DNA of 64,000 nucleotides from Escherichia coli (GCF_003334765.1 NZ_QOWT01000001.1), one strand, 5' to 3'; positions 46,501 to 57,316 are shown, counted from the stretch's first letter. Notes: generated by a model from the sequence alone, not told the origin. Numbers and translations: made by a program.

Positions 46501-46565
46501 TAAAACGGGTTGAAGGCACGGGGGTACGCCATCCTGTGCAGGCTTTACTGGAGATTATTAAATGA
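43509..46565 (+). CDS. ydiJ: Large FAD-linked oxidoreductase with C-terminal Fe-S / CCG domains
   Basis: 1018-aa ORF; N-terminal FAD-binding TPRGGGTGTNGQ motif; Cys clusters CLACKACSTQCP. Confidence 0.93.
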   Translation: MIPQISQAPGVVQLVLNFLQELEQQGFTGDTATSYADRLTMSTDNSIYQLLPDAVVFPRSTADVALIARLAAQERYSSLIFTPRGGGTGTNGQALNQGIIVDMSRHMNRIIEINPEEGWVRVEAGVIKDQLNQYLKPFGYFFAPELSTSNRATLGGMINTDASGQGSLVYGKTSDHVLGVRAVLLGGDILDTQPLPVELAETLGKSNTTIGRIYNTVYQRCRQQRQLIIDNFPKLNRFLTGYDLRHVFNDEMTEFDLTRILTGSEGTLAFITEARLDITRLPKVRRLVNVKYDSFDSALRNAPFMVEARALSVETVDSKVLNLAREDIVWHSVSELITDVPDQEMLGLNIVEFAGDDEALIDERVNALCARLDELIASHQAGVIGWQVCRELAGVERIYAMRKKAVGLLGNAKGAAKPIPFAEDTCVPPEHLADYIAEFRALLDSHGLSYGMFGHVDAGVLHVRPALDMCDPQQEILMKQISDDVVALTAKYGGLLWGEHGKGFRAEYSPAFFGEELFAELRKVKAAFDPHNRLNPGKICPPEGLDAPMMKVDAVKRGTFDRQIPIAVRQQWRGAMECNGNGLCFNFDARSPMCPSMKITQNRIHSPKGRATLVREWLRLLADRGVDPLKLEQELPESGVSLRTLIARTRNSWHANKGEYDFSHEVKEAMSGCLACKACSTQCPIKIDVPEFRSRFLQLYHTRYLRPLRDHLVATVESYAPLMARAPKTFNFFINQPLVRKLSEKHIGMVDLPLLSVPSLQQQMVGHRSANMTLEQLESLNAEQKARTVLVVQDPFTSYYDAQVVADFVRLVEKLGFQPVLLPFSPNGKAQHIKGFLNRFAKTAKKTADFLNRMAKLGMPMVGVDPALVLCYRDEYKLALGEERGEFNVLLANEWLASALESQPVATVSGESWYFFGHCTEVTALPGAPAQWAAIFAHFGAKLENVSVGCCGMAGTYGHEAKNHENSLGIYELSWHQAMQRLPRNRCLATGYSCRSQVKRVEGTGVRHPVQALLEIIK

Positions 46566-46972
46566 TATGGAAACGGAAAATCACCCTGGAAGCACTGAAT
46601 GCTATGGGTGAAGGAAACATGGTGGGGTTCCTGGATATTCGCTTTGAACATATTGGTGATGACACCCTTGAAGCGACAATGCCAGTAGACTCGCGGACAA
46701 AGCAGCCTTTCGGGTTGCTGCATGGAGGAGCATCCGTGGTACTGGCCGAAAGTATCGGTTCCGTTGCCGGTTATTTATGTACCGAAGGTGAGCAAAAAGT
46801 GGTTGGTCTGGAAATCAATGCTAACCACGTCCGCTCGGCACGAGAAGGGCGGGTGCGCGGCGTATGCAAACCGTTGCATCTCGGTTCGCGTCACCAGGTC
46901 TGGCAGATTGAAATCTTCGATGAGAAAGGGCGTTTGTGCTGTTCGTCACGATTGACGACCGCCATTTTGTGA
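46562..46972 (+). CDS. menI: 1,4-dihydroxy-2-naphthoyl-CoA hydrolase (hotdog thioesterase)
   Basis: 136-aa ORF; ATGA overlap with ydiJ stop. Confidence 0.92.
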   Translation: MIWKRKITLEALNAMGEGNMVGFLDIRFEHIGDDTLEATMPVDSRTKQPFGLLHGGASVVLAESIGSVAGYLCTEGEQKVVGLEINANHVRSAREGRVRGVCKPLHLGSRHQVWQIEIFDEKGRLCCSSRLTTAIL

Positions 46973-47071
46973 CGTTGTCACCAGAAAAGTGTGACGCATA
47001 TTGCTTTTGGTCATTATCTGCACAGTAAACGGTGGTATACTGTGCAGGTCTTGTCTAAAAGCGAGGATGCT

Positions 47072-47260
47072 ATGTCTACTCAACTTGATCCCACCCAGCT
47101 GGCCATTGAATTTTTACGCCGTGACCAGAGCAATCTTTCACCTGCCCAATATCTCAAACGTCTGAAACAACTAGAACTTGAATTTGCTGACCTGCTTACT
47201 CTCTCTTCTGCTGAATTAAAAGAAGAAATCTACTTTGCCTGGCGTCTGGGCGTGCATTGA
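47072..47260 (+). CDS. ydiH: Small uncharacterised protein YdiH (62 aa)
   Basis: ATG at 47072 preceded by GAGGA SD; ORF track entry begins at upstream GTG 46991. Confidence 0.75.
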   Translation: MSTQLDPTQLAIEFLRRDQSNLSPAQYLKRLKQLELEFADLLTLSSAELKEEIYFAWRLGVH

Positions 47261-47454
47261 TCCTGACTTAATGCCGCAAGTTCGCCAAATCGACCTGGAT
47301 TAACCTCCGTCCAGGTTCGATGACCTTCTTAATACTGCTTATCTACCGCCTGATATTGTTCAAAAATAATACTAATCGCAGTTTGTGTTAAAACGGCGGG
47401 TTAGCTTTATGAGATTATTCTTATCGCCCCTTCAAGAGCTAAGCCACTGAGAGT

Positions 47455-47526
47455 GCCGGAGATAAGCGCCGGATGGGGTAGAAACCCTTAAGCCTGTGTC
47501 GCACAGACTTAAGGGTTTTCTTATTT
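47455..47526 (+). ncRNA. rydB: Candidate RydB small RNA (3' end defined by terminator)
   Basis: Plus-strand hairpin cccttaag...cttaaggg followed by ttttcttattt, about 190 bp after ydiH; K-12 places rydB between ydiH and sufA; 5' boundary is a guess. Confidence 0.35.
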
Positions 47527-47745
47527 CTGAACGCTGCACTTTTTTACCTATCTCTTAAATAGTCATTTTCAATACAACTTTTTCTTTTTCATCACAGCCT
47601 TAATGCTCCTTAGATAATAACCATTATCTAACAATGAGATACCTAATTCTTAGCGTGCCTGTTAACCCACACATCAGGGTCTATGCTTATTAAAAGCAGG
47701 CAAAAAGCATGTTTTACGGTAAAGCCCCTGCGTTTGCTGGGTTGA

Positions 47746-47764
47746 ACTGATAATCATTATCACT
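47746..47764 (+). promoter_or_regulatory. Fur box in sufA promoter
   Basis: TGATAATCATTATCAC closely matches the Fur consensus; ~45 bp upstream of sufA ATG. Confidence 0.65.
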
Positions 47765-47807
47765 AACATGCTGTTATACGCTGAAAGCGATGAAGTGAGG
47801 TAAATCG

Positions 47808-48176
47808 ATGGACATGCATTCAGGAACCTTTAACCCACAAGATTTCGCCTGGCAAGGCTTAACGCTGACACCCGCAGCGGCGATACACATCCGTGAGCTG
47901 GTGGCAAAGCAGCCGGGTATGGTCGGCGTGCGCTTAGGCGTGAAGCAAACGGGCTGCGCGGGCTTTGGCTATGTGCTCGACAGTGTTAGCGAGCCGGACA
48001 AAGACGATCTGCTGTTTGAACACGACGGCGCGAAGCTGTTTGTCCCGCTGCAAGCGATGCCGTTTATTGATGGCACGGAAGTCGATTTCGTTCGTGAAGG
48101 ACTTAATCAGATATTCAAATTTCACAACCCTAAAGCCCAGAATGAATGTGGCTGTGGCGAAAGCTTTGGGGTATAG
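47808..48176 (+). CDS. sufA: Fe-S cluster A-type carrier
   Basis: 122-aa ORF; C-terminal CGCGESF. Confidence 0.97.
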   Translation: MDMHSGTFNPQDFAWQGLTLTPAAAIHIRELVAKQPGMVGVRLGVKQTGCAGFGYVLDSVSEPDKDDLLFEHDGAKLFVPLQAMPFIDGTEVDFVREGLNQIFKFHNPKAQNECGCGESFGV

Positions 48177-48184
48177 GCGGTACT

Positions 48185-49672
48185 ATGTCTCGTAATACTG
48201 AAGCAACTGACGATGTCAAAACCTGGACCGGCGGCCCGCTGAATTATAAAGAAGGATTCTTCACCCAGTTAGCCACCGATGAGCTGGCAAAGGGGATAAA
48301 CGAAGAGGTGGTGCGCGCAATTTCGGCGAAGCGTAATGAGCCGGAGTGGATGCTGGAGTTTCGTCTAAACGCCTATCGCGCATGGCTGGAGATGGAAGAA
48401 CCGCACTGGTTGAAAGCGCACTACGACAAGCTGAATTATCAGGATTACAGCTACTACTCAGCACCATCGTGCGGTAATTGTGACGACACTTGCGCGTCTG
48501 AACCTGGCGCGGTGCAGCAAACTGGCGCGAACGCCTTTTTAAGTAAAGAGGTGGAGGCGGCGTTTGAGCAGTTGGGCGTTCCCGTGCGGGAAGGCAAAGA
48601 GGTGGCGGTGGATGCCATTTTCGACTCAGTTTCGGTTGCCACTACTTATCGCGAAAAACTGGCGGAGCAGGGAATTATTTTCTGTTCCTTTGGTGAGGCG
48701 ATCCACGATCACCCGGAACTGGTGCGTAAATATCTCGGCACCGTGGTGCCGGGGAATGACAACTTCTTTGCCGCGCTTAATGCGGCGGTAGCCTCTGACG
48801 GTACGTTTATTTATGTGCCTAAAGGCGTGCGCTGCCCGATGGAACTTTCCACCTATTTTCGCATTAACGCAGAAAAAACCGGGCAGTTTGAGCGCACCAT
48901 TCTGGTGGCCGACGAAGACAGCTACGTCAGCTACATTGAAGGCTGTTCCGCTCCGGTGCGTGACAGCTATCAGTTACACGCGGCAGTGGTGGAAGTCATC
49001 ATCCATAAAAACGCCGAGGTGAAATATTCCACGGTACAAAACTGGTTTCCTGGCGATAACAACACCGGCGGTATTCTCAACTTCGTCACCAAGCGTGCTT
49101 TGTGCGAAGGCGAAAACAGCAAAATGTCATGGACGCAATCAGAAACCGGGTCAGCGATTACGTGGAAATATCCCAGCTGCATTTTGCGCGGCGATAACTC
49201 CATTGGTGAGTTTTACTCAGTGGCGCTGACCAGCGGTCATCAGCAAGCGGATACCGGCACCAAGATGATCCACATCGGTAAAAACACCAAATCGACCATT
49301 ATCTCGAAAGGGATCTCTGCCGGACATAGTCAGAACAGTTATCGCGGCTTAGTGAAAATCATGCCGACGGCAACCAATGCGCGCAATTTCACTCAGTGCG
49401 ACTCAATGCTGATTGGCGCTAATTGTGGGGCGCATACCTTCCCGTATGTTGAGTGTCGTAACAATAGTGCGCAACTGGAACACGAGGCAACGACATCACG
49501 TATTGGTGAAGATCAACTGTTTTACTGCCTGCAACGCGGGATCAGCGAAGAAGACGCCATCTCGATGATTGTTAACGGTTTCTGCAAAGACGTGTTCTCG
49601 GAGCTGCCGTTGGAATTTGCCGTTGAAGCACAAAAACTCCTCGCCATCAGTCTTGAACACAGCGTCGGATAA
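48185..49672 (+). CDS. sufB: Fe-S cluster assembly scaffold SufB
   Basis: ORF track 48146..49672; start at ATG 48185 ([14 protein letters not shown]...), 495 aa. Confidence 0.96.
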   Translation: MSRNTEATDDVKTWTGGPLNYKEGFFTQLATDELAKGINEEVVRAISAKRNEPEWMLEFRLNAYRAWLEMEEPHWLKAHYDKLNYQDYSYYSAPSCGNCDDTCASEPGAVQQTGANAFLSKEVEAAFEQLGVPVREGKEVAVDAIFDSVSVATTYREKLAEQGIIFCSFGEAIHDHPELVRKYLGTVVPGNDNFFAALNAAVASDGTFIYVPKGVRCPMELSTYFRINAEKTGQFERTILVADEDSYVSYIEGCSAPVRDSYQLHAAVVEVIIHKNAEVKYSTVQNWFPGDNNTGGILNFVTKRALCEGENSKMSWTQSETGSAITWKYPSCILRGDNSIGEFYSVALTSGHQQADTGTKMIHIGKNTKSTIISKGISAGHSQNSYRGLVKIMPTATNARNFTQCDSMLIGANCGAHTFPYVECRNNSAQLEHEATTSRIGEDQLFYCLQRGISEEDAISMIVNGFCKDVFSELPLEFAVEAQKLLAISLEHSVG

Positions 49673-49681
49673 GGAATAAAC

Positions 49682-50428
49682 ATGTTAAGTATTAAAGATT
49701 TACACGTCAGCGTGGAAGATAAAGCTATCCTGCGCGGATTAAGCCTCGACGTTCATCCCGGCGAAGTTCACGCCATTATGGGGCCAAACGGTTCGGGCAA
49801 AAGTACCTTATCGGCAACGCTTGCCGGGCGAGAAGATTATGAAGTGACGGGCGGCACGGTTGAGTTCAAAGGCAAAGATTTGCTTGCGCTGTCGCCGGAA
49901 GATCGCGCGGGCGAAGGCATCTTTATGGCCTTCCAGTATCCGGTGGAGATTCCAGGTGTCAGTAACCAGTTTTTCCTGCAAACGGCACTTAATGCGGTGC
50001 GCAGCTATCGCGGCCAGGAAACGCTCGACCGCTTTGATTTTCAGGATTTGATGGAAGAGAAAATCGCTCTCCTGAAGATGCCGGAAGATTTATTAACCCG
50101 TTCGGTAAACGTTGGTTTTTCCGGCGGCGAGAAAAAGCGCAACGATATTTTGCAAATGGCGGTGCTGGAACCGGAGTTATGCATTCTTGATGAGTCGGAC
50201 TCCGGGCTGGATATTGACGCATTAAAAGTGGTCGCCGATGGCGTGAACTCGCTGCGTGATGGCAAGCGCTCATTCATCATTGTTACGCACTACCAACGCA
50301 TTCTCGACTACATCAAGCCTGATTACGTTCATGTGCTATATCAGGGACGAATTGTGAAATCCGGCGATTTCACGTTGGTCAAACAACTGGAGGAGCAGGG
50401 TTATGGCTGGCTTACCGAACAGCAGTAA
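49682..50428 (+). CDS. sufC: Fe-S cluster assembly ATPase SufC
   Basis: 248-aa ORF; Walker A GPNGSGKST. Confidence 0.97.
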   Translation: MLSIKDLHVSVEDKAILRGLSLDVHPGEVHAIMGPNGSGKSTLSATLAGREDYEVTGGTVEFKGKDLLALSPEDRAGEGIFMAFQYPVEIPGVSNQFFLQTALNAVRSYRGQETLDRFDFQDLMEEKIALLKMPEDLLTRSVNVGFSGGEKKRNDILQMAVLEPELCILDESDSGLDIDALKVVADGVNSLRDGKRSFIIVTHYQRILDYIKPDYVHVLYQGRIVKSGDFTLVKQLEEQGYGWLTEQQ

Positions 50429-51674
50429 CGCGCTGCAACAGTGGCATCACTTGTTTGAAGCTGAAGGGACAAAACGCTCCCCGCAAGCACAGCAGCATTT
50501 ACAACAATTGCTGCGTACCGGACTGCCGACACGTAAACATGAAAACTGGAAATATACGCCGCTGGAAGGGCTGATCAATAGCCAGTTTGTCAGCATTGCG
50601 GGAGAGATATCCCCACAGCAGCGTGATGCCTTAGCGTTAACGTTAGACTCCGTGCGGCTGGTGTTTGTCGATGGGCGTTACGTGCCCGCACTGAGCGATG
50701 CAACTGAAGGCAGCGGATATGAAGTGAGCATTAACGACGACCGTCAGGGTTTACCCGACGCTATTCAGGCGGAAGTGTTTCTGCATTTGACGGAAAGCCT
50801 GGCACAAAGCGTGACGCATATCGCCGTGAAGCGCGGTCAACGGCCGGCAAAGCCATTGCTGTTAATGCATATCACCCAGGGCGTGGCAGGTGAAGAGGTG
50901 AACACTGCCCATTACCGACATCATCTGGATCTGGCGGAAGGTGCCGAAGCAACGGTGATCGAACATTTTGTCAGCCTGAATGATGCTCGTCATTTTACCG
51001 GGGCACGGTTCACTATCAACGTCGCAGCGAATGCCCACTTGCAGCATATCAAGCTGGCGTTTGAAAACCCGCTCAGTCACCACTTTGCTCATAACGATTT
51101 GTTGCTGGCTGAGGATGCCACCGCATTTAGCCACAGTTTCCTGCTGGGTGGCGCAGTGTTACGACACAACACCAGTACGCAACTCAATGGCGAAAACAGC
51201 ACGCTGCGGATCAATAGCCTGGCGATGCCGGTGAAAAACGAGGTGTGTGATACCCGTACCTGGCTGGAACACAATAAAGGTTTTTGTAACAGCCGACAGT
51301 TGCACAAAACTATCGTCAGCGACAAAGGCCGCGCGGTATTTAACGGTTTGATCAACGTCGCGCAGCACGCCATCAAAACGGATGGTCAGATGACCAACAA
51401 CAATCTGCTGATGGGCAAACTGGCGGAAGTGGATACGAAACCGCAGCTGGAAATCTATGCAGATGATGTGAAATGCAGCCACGGCGCGACGGTGGGGCGT
51501 ATTGATGATGAACAGATATTCTATCTGCGCTCGCGCGGGATCAATCAGCAGGATGCCCAGCAGATGATCATTTACGCCTTCGCTGCCGAACTGACGGAAG
51601 CACTGCGTGATGAGGGGCTTAAACAGCAGGTGCTGGCCCGAATCGGTCAACGGCTGCCAGGAGGTGCAAGATGA
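50403..51674 (+). CDS. sufD: Fe-S cluster assembly protein SufD
   Basis: 423-aa ORF overlapping sufC 3' end by 26 nt. Confidence 0.95.
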
Positions 51675-52891
51675 TTTTTTCCGTCGACAAAGTGCGGGCC
51701 GACTTTCCGGTGCTTTCGCGTGAGGTAAACGGTTTGCCGCTGGCTTATCTCGACAGCGCCGCCAGTGCGCAGAAACCGAGCCAGGTGATTGACGCCGAGG
51801 CCGAGTTTTATCGTCATGGCTACGCGGCGGTGCATCGTGGTATTCATACCTTAAGCGCCCAGGCGACCGAGAAAATGGAGAACGTGCGCAAGCGGGCATC
51901 GCTGTTTATTAATGCCCGTTCGGCGGAAGAGCTGGTGTTCGTCCGCGGCACGACGGAAGGGATCAATCTGGTCGCCAATAGCTGGGGCAACAGCAACGTG
52001 CGGGCGGGCGATAACATCATCATCAGTCAGATGGAGCACCACGCTAACATTGTTCCCTGGCAGATGCTTTGCGCACGCGTTGGCGCAGAGCTGCGTGTGA
52101 TCCCGCTCAATCCCGATGGTACGTTGCAACTGGAGACGCTGCCTACGCTGTTTGATGAGAAAACTCGCCTGCTGGCAATTACTCATGTCTCCAACGTGCT
52201 TGGCACAGAAAATCCACTGGCGGAAATGATCACGCTTGCGCACCAGCATGGCGCAAAAGTGCTGGTGGATGGCGCTCAGGCGGTGATGCATCATCCGGTG
52301 GATGTTCAGGCGCTGGATTGCGACTTTTACGTGTTCTCCGGGCATAAACTGTATGGCCCCACCGGAATTGGCATTCTTTATGTGAAAGAAGCCTTGTTGC
52401 AGGAGATGCCGCCGTGGGAAGGGGGCGGTTCTATGATCGCCACCGTCAGCCTGAGTGAAGGCACTACCTGGACCAAAGCACCATGGCGGTTTGAAGCCGG
52501 TACACCCAATACCGGGGGCATCATTGGTCTTGGCGCGGCGCTGGAGTATGTTTCGGCGCTGGGGCTTAATAACATAGCCGAGTATGAACAGAATCTGATG
52601 CATTATGCGCTATCACAGCTGGAATCTGTACCGGATCTCACTCTCTATGGCCCACAAAACAGGCTTGGCGTTATTGCTTTTAATCTCGGTAAACACCACG
52701 CCTATGATGTTGGCAGTTTTCTCGATAATTACGGCATTGCTGTGCGTACCGGACATCACTGCGCAATGCCATTGATGGCCTATTACAACGTCCCTGCGAT
52801 GTGTCGGGCGTCGCTGGCCATGTATAACACCCATGAAGAAGTGGATCGTCTGGTGACCGGCCTGCAACGTATTCACCGTTTGCTGGGATAA
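51671..52891 (+). CDS. sufS: Cysteine desulfurase SufS (PLP-dependent)
   Basis: 406-aa ORF; ATGA overlap with sufD. Confidence 0.97.
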   Translation: MIFSVDKVRADFPVLSREVNGLPLAYLDSAASAQKPSQVIDAEAEFYRHGYAAVHRGIHTLSAQATEKMENVRKRASLFINARSAEELVFVRGTTEGINLVANSWGNSNVRAGDNIIISQMEHHANIVPWQMLCARVGAELRVIPLNPDGTLQLETLPTLFDEKTRLLAITHVSNVLGTENPLAEMITLAHQHGAKVLVDGAQAVMHHPVDVQALDCDFYVFSGHKLYGPTGIGILYVKEALLQEMPPWEGGGSMIATVSLSEGTTWTKAPWRFEAGTPNTGGIIGLGAALEYVSALGLNNIAEYEQNLMHYALSQLESVPDLTLYGPQNRLGVIAFNLGKHHAYDVGSFLDNYGIAVRTGHHCAMPLMAYYNVPAMCRASLAMYNTHEEVDRLVTGLQRIHRLLG

Positions 52892-52903
52892 CAGGGAGGC
52901 ACT

Positions 52904-53329
52904 ATGGCTTTATTGCCGGATAAAGAAAAGTTGCTGCGTAATTTTTTACGCTGCGCCAACTGGGAAGAGAAATATCTCTACATTATTGAGCTGGGCCAGC
53001 GTCTGCCAGAATTACGCGACGAAGACAGAAGTCCACAAAATAGCATTCAGGACTGTCAGAGTCAGGTGTGGATTGTCATGCGCCAGAATGCCCAGGGAAT
53101 TATTGAATTACAGGGCGACAGCGATGCGGCGATTGTGAAAGGGCTTATTGCGGTCGTCTTTATTCTCTACGATCAGATGACGCCGCAGGATATTGTCAAT
53201 TTCGATGTGCGTCCGTGGTTTGAAAAAATGGCGCTCACCCAACATCTCACCCCATCTCGTTCACAAGGTCTGGAAGCGATGATTCGCGCAATTCGCGCAA
53301 TTCGCGCCAAAGCCGCTGCACTTAGCTAA
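52904..53329 (+). CDS. sufE: Sulfur acceptor SufE (141 aa as encoded here)
   Basis: [26 protein letters not shown]...; C-terminal region contains three tandem IRA codon triplets. Confidence 0.93.
   Translation: MALLPDKEKLLRNFLRCANWEEKYLYIIELGQRLPELRDEDRSPQNSIQDCQSQVWIVMRQNAQGIIELQGDSDAAIVKGLIAVVFILYDQMTPQDIVNFDVRPWFEKMALTQHLTPSRSQGLEAMIRAIRAIRAKAAALS
53282..53308 (+). repeat. In-frame 9-bp tandem repeat x3 (attcgcgca / attcgcgca / attcgcgcc) inside sufE
   Basis: Read directly; encodes IRA-IRA-IRA. Confidence 0.9.
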
Positions 53330-53477
53330 ACTAAAAGGACAGCTTTCATCCGGTTGGCTCACATTGCCGGATGGTCAATGTTTACACTGACCTGCACAGG
53401 AGTGTTTTGGTTTCAGGTGAACATAAGCGCCATCCGACGTTTCAGCGTGAGTCTCCGGCAAATACAGGAGGTTTACA

Positions 53478-54482
53478 ATGAAACGCGCGTCTTTGCTTAC
53501 ACTCACGCTTATCGGCGCTTTTAGCGCCATCCAGGCTGCCTGGGCGGTTGATTATCCGCTACCACCAACCGGAAGCCGACTGGTTGGGCAAAATCAAACG
53601 TATACGGTGCAAGAAGGGGATAAAAACCTTCAGGCTATTGCCCGACGTTTTGATACTGCGGCAATGTTGATCCTTGAAGCCAATAACACTATCGCCCCGG
53701 TGCCAAAACCTGGTACGACGATAACTATTCCTTCACAACTGTTATTACCTGATGCACCGCGTCAGGGGATTATCGTTAACCTTGCAGAGCTGCGCCTTTA
53801 TTATTATCCGCCGGGAGAAAATATTGTGCAGGTTTATCCAATAGGTATTGGATTGCAGGGGCTGGAAACGCCGGTGATGGAAACGCGTGTTGGGCAGAAA
53901 ATCCCTAACCCAACCTGGACGCCTACGGCAGGCATTCGTCAGCGTTCGCTGGAGCGTGGCATTAAATTACCGCCAGTCGTTCCTGCCGGACCAAATAACC
54001 CGCTAGGACGTTACGCACTGCGCCTCGCGCATGGTAATGGCGAATACCTCATTCATGGTACCAGTGCGCCGGACAGCGTCGGTTTGCGCGTCAGTTCAGG
54101 GTGTATTCGCATGAATGCACCGGATATTAAAGCCTTGTTCTCCAGCGTGCGGACGGGAACGCCGGTGAAAGTGATCAACGAACCGGTGAAATATTCCGTG
54201 GAGCCTAACGGGATGCGTTATGTTGAAGTACATCGACCACTATCGGCAGAAGAACAGCAGAACGTTCAGACAATGCCATACACACTGCCAGCAGGCTTTA
54301 CGCAATTTAAAGACAATAAGGCTGTAGATCAGAAGTTAGTCGATAAAGCGTTGTATCGTCGGGCAGGGTATCCGGTTTCGGTGAGCAGTGGAGCAACTCC
54401 CGCAGCCAGCAATGCGCCTTCAGTAGAGTCAGCGCAGAATGGTGAACCAGAGCAAGGGAATATGTTACGCGTGACGCAGTAG
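53478..54482 (+). CDS. ldtE: L,D-transpeptidase with LysM domain (YnhG)
   Basis: 334-aa ORF; signal peptide; catalytic HGT...SSGCIRM motif. Confidence 0.93.
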
Positions 54483-54497
54483 CGGTAAACGGCAGAC

Positions 54498-54530
54498 AAA
54501 AAAAATGGCGCACAATGTGCGCCATTTTTC
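54498..54530. terminator. Bidirectional intrinsic terminator between convergent ldtE and lpp
   Basis: A8 - atggcgcac-aat-gtgcgccat - T5; U-run available on both strands. Confidence 0.85.
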
Positions 54531-54545
54531 ACTTCACAGGTACTA

Positions 54546-54794
<249 letters not shown>

Positions 54795-55034
54795 CTAGAT
54801 TGAGTTAATCTCCATGTAGCGTTACAAGTATTACACAAAGTTTTTTATGTTGAGAATATTTTTTTGATGGGAAGGCACTTATTTTTGATCGTTCGCTCAA
54901 AGAAGCATCGAACGCTGGGTTTTAGATAAAAAAATTGAGAGAAAACAGGATGCTTCCATCGGATTCATCTTAGATAAAGTGAGATTATATAGTGAAATCC
55001 GATTTGATTTTTTATTGCTTCTGGTTATCGATTA

Positions 55035-55061
55035 AATAAAAAAAGCGCCCATCAGGGCGCT
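55035..55061 (-). terminator. Intrinsic terminator after pykF
   Basis: agcgccc-tgat-gggcgct stem followed by U8 on minus strand (A-run 55035-55043 on plus). Confidence 0.8.
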
Positions 55062-55092
55062 TCGATATACAAATTAATTCACAAAAGCAATA

Positions 55093-56505
55093 TTACAGGA
55101 CGTGAACAGATGCGGTGTTAGTAGTGCCGCTCGGTACCAGTGCACCAGAAACCATAACTACAACGTCACCTTTGTGTGCCAGACCGCTCTGCAGAGCCAG
55201 TTCTTTACCCAGACGGTAGAAATCATCAGTAGAAGTGATCTCTTTAACAAGCTGCGGCACAACGCCTTTGCTCAGTACCAACTGATGAGCCGTTTTTTCG
55301 TTGGTGGTCAGTGCCAGGATGGTGGCATCCGGGAAGTATTTACGTACTGCGCGAGCAGATTTACCGCCCTGAGTAGCAACCACGATCAGCGGAGCATCCA
55401 GTTTTTCAGCAGTTTCAACGGCACCACGGCATACCGCTTCGGTAATGCGCAGTTTACGGTTGTCATTGTTGAACTCGAGACGGCTGTTCATCACGCGGTC
55501 GGTACGTTCGCAGATGGTCGCCATGATAGAAACCGCTTCCAGCGGGTATTTACCTTTTGCGGATTCACCAGACAGCATCACTGCGTCAGTACCGTCGAGG
55601 ATGGCGTTTGCAACGTCACCGGCTTCTGCGCGAGTCGGGCGTGGGTTTTTGATCATGGAATCCAGCATCTGGGTCGCAGTGATAACGACTTTACGTGCAC
55701 GGATACATTTTTCGATCATCATCTTCTGGGCGAAGATAACTTCTTCTACCGGGATTTCTACACCCAGGTCGCCACGCGCAACCATGATGCCGTCAGAGGC
55801 TTCGAGGATTTCGTCGAAGTTGTTGAGGCCTTCCTGGTTTTCGATTTTGGAGATGATGTGGATGTTTTCGCCGCCGTGCGCTTTCAGGTGCTCACGGATT
55901 TCGATAACGTCAGAACGCTTACGAATAAAGGAAGCAGCAACAAAGTCTACGCCTTGTTCGCAACCAAAGATCAGGTCCTGTTTGTCTTTTTCAGCCAGTG
56001 CTGGCAGAGCAATGGAAACGCCAGGCAGGTTCACACCTTTGTTTTCGCCCAGGTCACCGTTGTTCAGCACTTTACAGATAACTTTGTTACCTTCAATGGC
56101 GGTAACTTCCATACCGATCAGACCATCGTCAACCAGTACGGTGTTGCCAACAGACAGGTCAGTAGTGAAACCTTCATACGTTACCGCAACCATTTCGCTG
56201 TTGCCGATAACAGATTTATCAGTGGTGAAAGTAAAGGTCTGACCAGCTTTCAGAGAAACGTCGTTACCGCCTTCCAGTTTCATGGTGCGGATTTCCGGAC
56301 CTTTGGTATCAAGCAGGATAGCGGCGGTTTTACCAGTTTTGCTCATCACGTTGCGCAGATTCTGAATGCGCTGACCGTGTTCTGCATAGTCACCATGAGA
56401 GAAGTTCAGACGCATAACGTTCATGCCAGCGTCCAGCATTTTAGCTAACATCTCTTCAGATTCGGTTTTCGGTCCGATGGTGCAAACAATTTTGGTCTTT
56501 TTCAT
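55093..56505 (-). CDS. pykF: Pyruvate kinase I (FBP-activated)
   Basis: ORF track 55093..56721; start at ATG 56505 ([19 protein letters not shown]...), 470 aa. Confidence 0.97.
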
Positions 56506-56710
56506 GACAGTCTTAGTCTTTAAGTTGAGAAGGATGGGAGAAACTTGCTTTCTGGGCGCACTGCCGGAAAGCGAATCCGGTATTACGAAAGTGGTGGTGC
56601 CTCGCTCTAAGGATAGGTGACATCGAAAAAGCGTGCAGAGGAATGTGTGCTTGTGTCTCAGCCCAACGTGAGTGCCTGTTTTTGAGTCGTTGAGTTCTAC
56701 AGTCCAAAGT

Positions 56711-56726
56711 GCTGAAACCATTCAAG
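56711..56726 (-). promoter_or_regulatory. Candidate Cra (FruR) box upstream of pykF
   Basis: GCTGAAACCATTCAAG resembles Cra consensus GCTGAAACGTTTCA; pykF is Cra-repressed in K-12. Confidence 0.45.
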
Positions 56727-57061
56727 AGTCAATTGGCGCGCATTATACGCTGAAATTAATCCAAAAGGAAAACAAAAACAGCGTTTCAAAAAATATACAA
56801 CTTGTTAGACAATAAATTGTTATCAAAGATTTAACGTTCCAGGGAAAAGGTTACGCAAAAACTTCACTGTTTGCGCAACGTCTGGTGCCGAAGTTGTCAG
56901 TGTGAGGATAAGTGAAAGTTCATCCGGTGTATAAATATATCATCGCTCAATTGCTACAGTTAAAATAATTTATCGCGTTATTTGTCTGATTTTGTTTGAT
57001 TTTTGTTTAATTGGTTAGATTGATATATGCTGATAGTTGGCATGATAAATAGGTATAAAGA

Positions 57062-57271
57062 ATGGGAAATCGGACAAAAGAGGATGAACTGTACCGAGAA
57101 ATGTGCAGAGTTGTCGGTAAAGTTGTGCTGGAAATGCGCGATCTGGGGCAGGAACCAAAGCATATTGTTATCGCAGGCGTATTACGTACAGCATTAGCCA
57201 ATAAACGCATTCAGCGCAGTGAGCTGGAAAAGCAGGCGATGGAAACCGTCATTAACGCACTGGTAAAATGA
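57062..57271 (+). CDS. fumD: Small fumarase-D-like protein (YdhZ)
   Basis: 69-aa ORF MGNRTKEDELYREMCRVVGKVVLEMRDLGQEPK. Confidence 0.8.
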   Translation: MGNRTKEDELYREMCRVVGKVVLEMRDLGQEPKHIVIAGVLRTALANKRIQRSELEKQAMETVINALVK

Positions 57272-57275
57272 CCAT

Positions 57276-57316
57276 TCAGGATGAGGCGGTAAGCTTCATC
57301 CTGATATTCTTGCTTC
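57276..57316 (+). terminator. Hairpin after fumD
   Basis: tcaggatga...tcatcctga 9-bp stem followed by tattcttgcttc. Confidence 0.4.

Noticed and set aside
47455-47480. Possible REP/BIME element (gataagcgccggatgggg)
   Set aside because: Only a loose resemblance to the REP consensus; better explained as part of the candidate sRNA or terminator structure.
53355-53382. Hairpin catccgg...ccggatg after sufE as a suf operon terminator
   Set aside because: 7-bp stem with a 14-nt loop and no U-tract; not convincing as an intrinsic terminator.
55102-56448. 448-aa plus-strand ORF in the ORF track
   Set aside because: Lies entirely antisense to pykF; low-complexity translation typical of a shadow ORF on the opposite strand of a highly expressed gene.
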